From a virus, in IMG/VR virus record IMGVR_UViG_3300036406_001149: DNA of 64,000 nucleotides; one strand, 5' to 3'. Under the pieces are notes generated by a model. The model ran no database searches. It was given only the letters and a program-made list of their open reading frames with translations, and was not told where the DNA came from. This document shows, one piece after another, positions 9,901 through 15,900 of the stretch (its first letter is position 1; each line of letters starts with the position of its first letter). The translations under genes and the position numbers were made by a program.

Positions 9901-12900
9901 TTTTAAGAGCTCCAGCATTTGACGATAAGGGAAAAGTAGATGCAAAAACACTAGAAATTCAAAATCAATTATCTAAATTATATAATGGATCAGTAGGAGA
10001 AATTTTTCCTGGAGCAGATGTTATTAGTAGATATTTCGATCAGCTAAGAATTACTGGAACAGCTAATAGTTTGGCTATTTTTAATCCTGGAGCTGTACCG
10101 GCACTCAACAAAACTATAGAAGAATTGGCAGCAAATCCTATTATAGCAAAAAATAGAGATTTGATGTTTAGTGGAGCTGGACTAAAAGCAACAGATGCTG
10201 CTGGAAATGCTCTTCCTTTCGTTGACCCAGGTCCACCACAAGGCATCCGTATCAAAGAGCTTGATGATCTGGGAGCTATTCGTCAACGATCTAAAGCTTT
10301 CCCCTATGTTATTAATGGTAAATTAGATGATCTAGACCCTGTATTAAGACAACAACTAGAAGCACAGCTTGCTGCTGCTAATCCTGGCGATATTAAGATG
10401 ACAAGACTACCAGAGGAAAATCTGGCAGTACCAGTTCCTGCTGCATGGGGATTGCAACAGTTACTTGGCGGTAATCCAAATATGGATTTAAAAATAGCAT
10501 ATGATGAATGGGAAGGCAAATTATATGATCCAATTAATAAACAATTCGAACCAGCAGCTACTAAGCTATTCTTGCCATCAAACACAGGAGGAACCCTATT
10601 TGAAGGTATTAATCCCGCAATACTAGATAAGCGTAGAATAGGTTTATTTCCTGGCGCTAAATATACACCAGCAGATATTAATAAGGCTTTAAATGCTGTA
10701 GCATTACCAAACGCTGATGTACAAAAATATATTAATAGTATATTAACAGATCCTACAAAACCCGACGGTGCTGCTAAAACTAATTTACAAAAGGCTATGA
10801 TAGGACAATTAGATTCGTCATTTATCAAAAGCTTAGAGATGGTATTTCCTGGTTTGGATACCCTAGTTAGTCCAGTATCTAATCAGCCTTTCGGTATCGA
10901 AATGGGAGAGCATATTTTGTCTCAAATAGACAGAGTAAGAGCCAGAGCTGGTAATCAAGCTGATTCTATAGCCAATAAGGGATTTAAAAATCTTACTGTT
11001 GATGATCAAAATATACCAGAAGCTTTAAGAAGAATGTCAAAATCTGCTCTACAAATTTTTGGAAGAGCAAGAGTCCCAGGAACTAGAAATGGATGGTTAG
11101 CATCTTATATCGGTAAAGTTCCTAATTTACAAAAAATTAATGCTGGACAAGCTAAGAATATCTCAGGATATGCTGCTAATGTAATGGAAAACTTTGGAGG
11201 TTATTTATCATCAATTAGTAACAGCATCAGAAGACCTGATCAGTTTCAATATCTTAAAGAGGTCTATACTGTGGCTTCTGGTGCAGCTAAAGCTTTTGCT
11301 GGATTAGCATCCGGAGATACAGGATTATTAGCACAATTTAATATGGTAGGCTCTGACTACATGAGTTTATTTAGAACTCTTGGCGGAACTATGTTAATGT
11401 CCAGACTTTCTGGTTTACAACTGTCTCCAGATTGGCAAAATATATTAGGAGCACAAATACAGAATGGATTAGTTAGAACAGTATCTCCAAATGGTACTTT
11501 AGGCAGACAGCAGATGGTAGATGCTATTCCAACAGATCTTATGGGTTTAATTAAACTATTATTTAATCCATATAATGAATTTGCTGATGTTAATACTAGA
11601 AAAGATCTAATGGACAAGTTCGTTAATGATATTTCTAGTTTCAAAGGATCGAACGGATTGCCTTATTTTGATCAATTTACTCTTAAATATTTAGTAGATA
11701 GAGTTAATGTACTTAAAGAATGGTATGGGGGTAATCCTGGATGGGTTGGTCAAGACTTTTTATTCGATAAAGTAGGTAATCCCGATAATGTTGCAAGATC
11801 TAATACATTTCAAGCTAGTTTAGCAGCTAATTTACCTCTCAGATCACAAGCTAATATTGCCCACACTACTTTAGGTTTGGCAAAAACATTTGGAGAGTTA
11901 CCTGATCAAAATTGGTTTGGTGGTAGAGTTGTACAAGGATTCCAAACAGGAGGTGTTGTCAACTCTGTTGCTGCACAATCTGGTGGTATGATTAATTTTC
12001 AGCCAAGAGGAACAGATACTGTGCCAGCAATGTTGACGCCCGGCGAATTTGTTATTAATAGACAGGCAGCTCAAAGTAATCTTCCGTTATTACAACAAAT
12101 TAATAGTGGTAAAGCATACAGCAGAGGAGGAGTAGTATATGCTCAATTTGGAGGAGAAATAGACCAGAATGTCGGAGTAGGTACAGATGAACAAATGATG
12201 CGTGATCAAGAAATGAAAGCTGGTTACGAAGCAAAAATAAGAAGAGAAAATAGAGCTAATAAAATAGCTACAATCACAGAAGCTATGGAAAAATATCCCC
12301 AATTAATACTAGATCTACGAGATACTGTTCGTCCAGTTACAGTCTTTGACATGATGTCAACAAACAAGTTCAAAACAACCACTAAATTTGATGAAGCTAT
12401 TGCTAGAGTTAGATTACAAGATCCTGTATTAGCAAAAGAATTATTTAGTCATAGATTAACAGTACCAGGAATAGTCTCTTCATTACACGAAGAATTAGAT
12501 AATTATAAAAGAATTTCTGGCTTTGACGGCAAATATGGAACATGGGATGATACTGAATTCTTAGATGATATATCTATGACTCTTGCTGGACTAGGATTGA
12601 TACCAGCTATAGGTAATATTTTTGATTTGGCTAGTATTCCTATAGATCTTTTAAGAGGAGATACAACATCAGCGGGACTAAGTTCTCTTTCTTTAATAGA
12701 AGGTGTTGGACAAGCGGCGGGTGCTACTAAGATGGCTAATTTGGCAACAGCATCTACTGCTGGTATGGCTGGTATTTTTGCAACCAGAGCTGCTAATAAA
12801 GGAATTAATTACGAAGGAGCAAGTAATATATTTGATTTAATAAATAAGATTAAAGCTAATTCAAATCTTGACCCTGCATCTAGAAGACTTAAAATTTTAG

Positions 12901-15900
12901 ACACTCTACAAACAGCTTTATCTGGTAAAACTAATTCAGCAAAAGCAACAGAAGCATACGAAAAAGCGATAACAGACCTGAGGATATTGGGGCAAGGTCA
13001 TCCAGATTCCAAAGGCATAAATGATCTAATTCAATTATTAGATAAAACAGCATATCCGGCTCAAGGAAGTAAAGGAGCAGGCATAGGCAAATATTTATTT
13101 AATAAAACAACAGCTACAGCAGCAGTTGCCGTAGCGGCACTTGCATACTATGCGAGTCTGGATAAGAAAAATGTAGACCAAGCAACCCGCAAACAAGCTT
13201 CAGAAGAAGAGATCGAGGCATCTATACCTGATGTATCTGGAAAACAAGTTACAGCACAAGAGAGTGATGATGTTAGAAAAGGTGTAGCCACACCAGAAGT
13301 GAAAGAAAAGGTTGAAAAATGGAAAGAAAAAACAGCATCACCGGAAGATAAAGATGCTGCGGAAAAACTAGCAGCTATTGAAAAGATTATAGAAAGATAT
13401 CCTGTAAATGATATAAAAGGAAATCCAAGTCGTATTGGTCCCGTAAAACAAAAAACTTTAGAGAAAACTTATCCAGATTTATCACAAAGACTAAGAGTAT
13501 ATGAACAAACAGAAAGAGACTTAAAAGACGATCCCAGTCTTGTCCATAGAGCTAGAGGAGGTATGATTTATGCTAATAATGGCATGATGATTCCTTATTC
13601 TCCTCGTGGAACTGATACTGTTCCTGCTATGCTAACTCCCGGAGAGTTTGTTGTAAACCGAGCATCAACCCAGGCAAACCTACCTTTATTACAAGCTATT
13701 AATAATAATCAAGTTATTAGTAGCATTAAAGGTTTTACTAATGGTGGAATTGTTTATGCTGCTGACGGAGGCACAATCCCAACTAAACCAGACGGTTCTG
13801 CTGATACTAATTTTAATGCTCGTAAAGCTAAACGAACAGCATATTTACAAAGGCAGATAGAAAAAGAAGAAAAAGCAGAATTTATTGATAAACTTGGCAT
13901 TCTTTATAATGATACTACAGATAAACAAGATATAATAGAAGCTCTTAAAAAACAAAGAGATTATAAATCAAAAATTGATTACTATCTAAGACAATTTAGT
14001 GTTGACAATCAACTAGGAATACGACTTAAAAGATTTCCAAGAATTAGCGAAGCATCAAAATCAATTCTAGCCAAAGAACAACAGCCAAAAGCTAATCCTT
14101 TTGATCAAGGTCAGCAACCAGCAGCAACTCCACAATCACTCTCAAGAGGCGGAGTAATTTATGCTGCCGAAGGATTTGATCCATCAAGACCATTAAACCC
14201 CATGATGAATCGTCATGGAAAGGGTCCAACTTCAACACTGCCCCAACAACCTATTACTAATTTTGATAGTGAAAAGTTGGCCGAAGAAGGAAAAGCTTTT
14301 ATATACGGAGCTGCTAAGTCCGTACTTCCAGGTTTAGCTGGTTTGGGTGCTGGAGTTTTAGGATTACCCACTACAGGTTTTGGTGGATTTGCTTTAGCTG
14401 GCTTAGCATCAGCGGCTACATATCAAGCTCAAGAAAATTATTTGAATGCTTTGGCTCCAGAAACAAATAGACAGATGAAAGATACCACCGAGGAGCACTG
14501 GCAGTCCTCATTATTAGGATCAATGGTTGGTGGTTTTGGTGCCGATAGGATAGGTCGTAATTTACTTGGTTCTTCTATAAAAAATACTGTAAGAATACCC
14601 TCTCTACGTCCTAATAATAATGCTTCTGTAAGACCAGATATGAAAAGTGCTGGTCAAGAAGCTTTGGAAGAATTCTCTTTAAGAAGTAGACCAGCTATGA
14701 GTGCTCCATTAGATGTGCCAAAAGCTTCTAAAACTATGTCTCTTTTTCATGCTAGCAATACTGGTTTAGAAAACTCTATTTTAAAAAGTTTTCAAAAAGA
14801 AGGTGGTAAAAGTAGTATTGCAAAGGGGTATGGGCAAGGTCAAGGATTGTACACCTACACTAGTAGGGAAGCAGCTGAAAAACACGCAAGAAGCATTATT
14901 AAAGGAAATATGCTTACAGGAGCAGATGCTCGTGGCAAGCCCATGATTGTTAAATTTGATGAAACATTAGATCCATCAAGATTTGATTTAGACTATGAGC
15001 TGAATGCTGGATATGTTACCAAATGGTTATACGATCATTTTGATGATGTACAAAAGATATTATCTGATCAAAAAAATCCGATGTTGCTAGAGAGAATGAT
15101 GGATCCTGGAGCTATGGGTAGAGAAGCACAAAAAGGTATAAGAACTAGTGTTCCAACAGCTATTGGTGGTCTTGATTTCCTTGAGCAAAGAGCTACTGGT
15201 TTAGCTCCACGAAAATGGATCTATGGTTCTCAAACAGATTACACTACTAGAGATGGAGAAATACTGTCTAGAATTATGTCGGCTGTTGGCAAGAGAGATC
15301 CTAAGCTATTAGCAAAATTTAAAGAAGGATTTTTTGAAACTATGCCAGCCGAATCGGCTATTAAATATACTGGTTCAGACAATTTAATGCCTAGTAATAT
15401 TGACGTATTAGCTAAAGCTAGAGGTGGAATAATTTATGCTTCAACAGGAACATTAGTAAACTACCAGCCTCGTGGTACAGACACAGTACCCGCCATGTTA
15501 ACTCCCGGCGAGTTTGTGGTTAATAGAGCAGCAACTCAGAAACATTTGCCTCTATTAAAATCTATTAATAGTGGTGGAACAGCAACTGGGTATAGTAATG
15601 GAGGACCAGTATATCTAGCAGCAGGAGGAGTAGCTGATTTCGAAGATGCTCAGTTCGTACCATCAGCTACCGCAAAAAATAGAGCACAAGCCAAAGCAAA
15701 AGCACAGCAGAAACAACAAGAAAGAAAACAAGAGATAGAAAAAAATAAACAGGCTAGACAAAATCAAGATGTAGATAGATTAGAGGGCATCACAGAAGTT
15801 AGAGTAAAAAATGGAGTAGATAAAATTTCTGCTCTGACTGTTAATGAAGTTAAAGCATTATTTAAGAATAAAGATTTTATTACCTCACTAGAGAATAATA

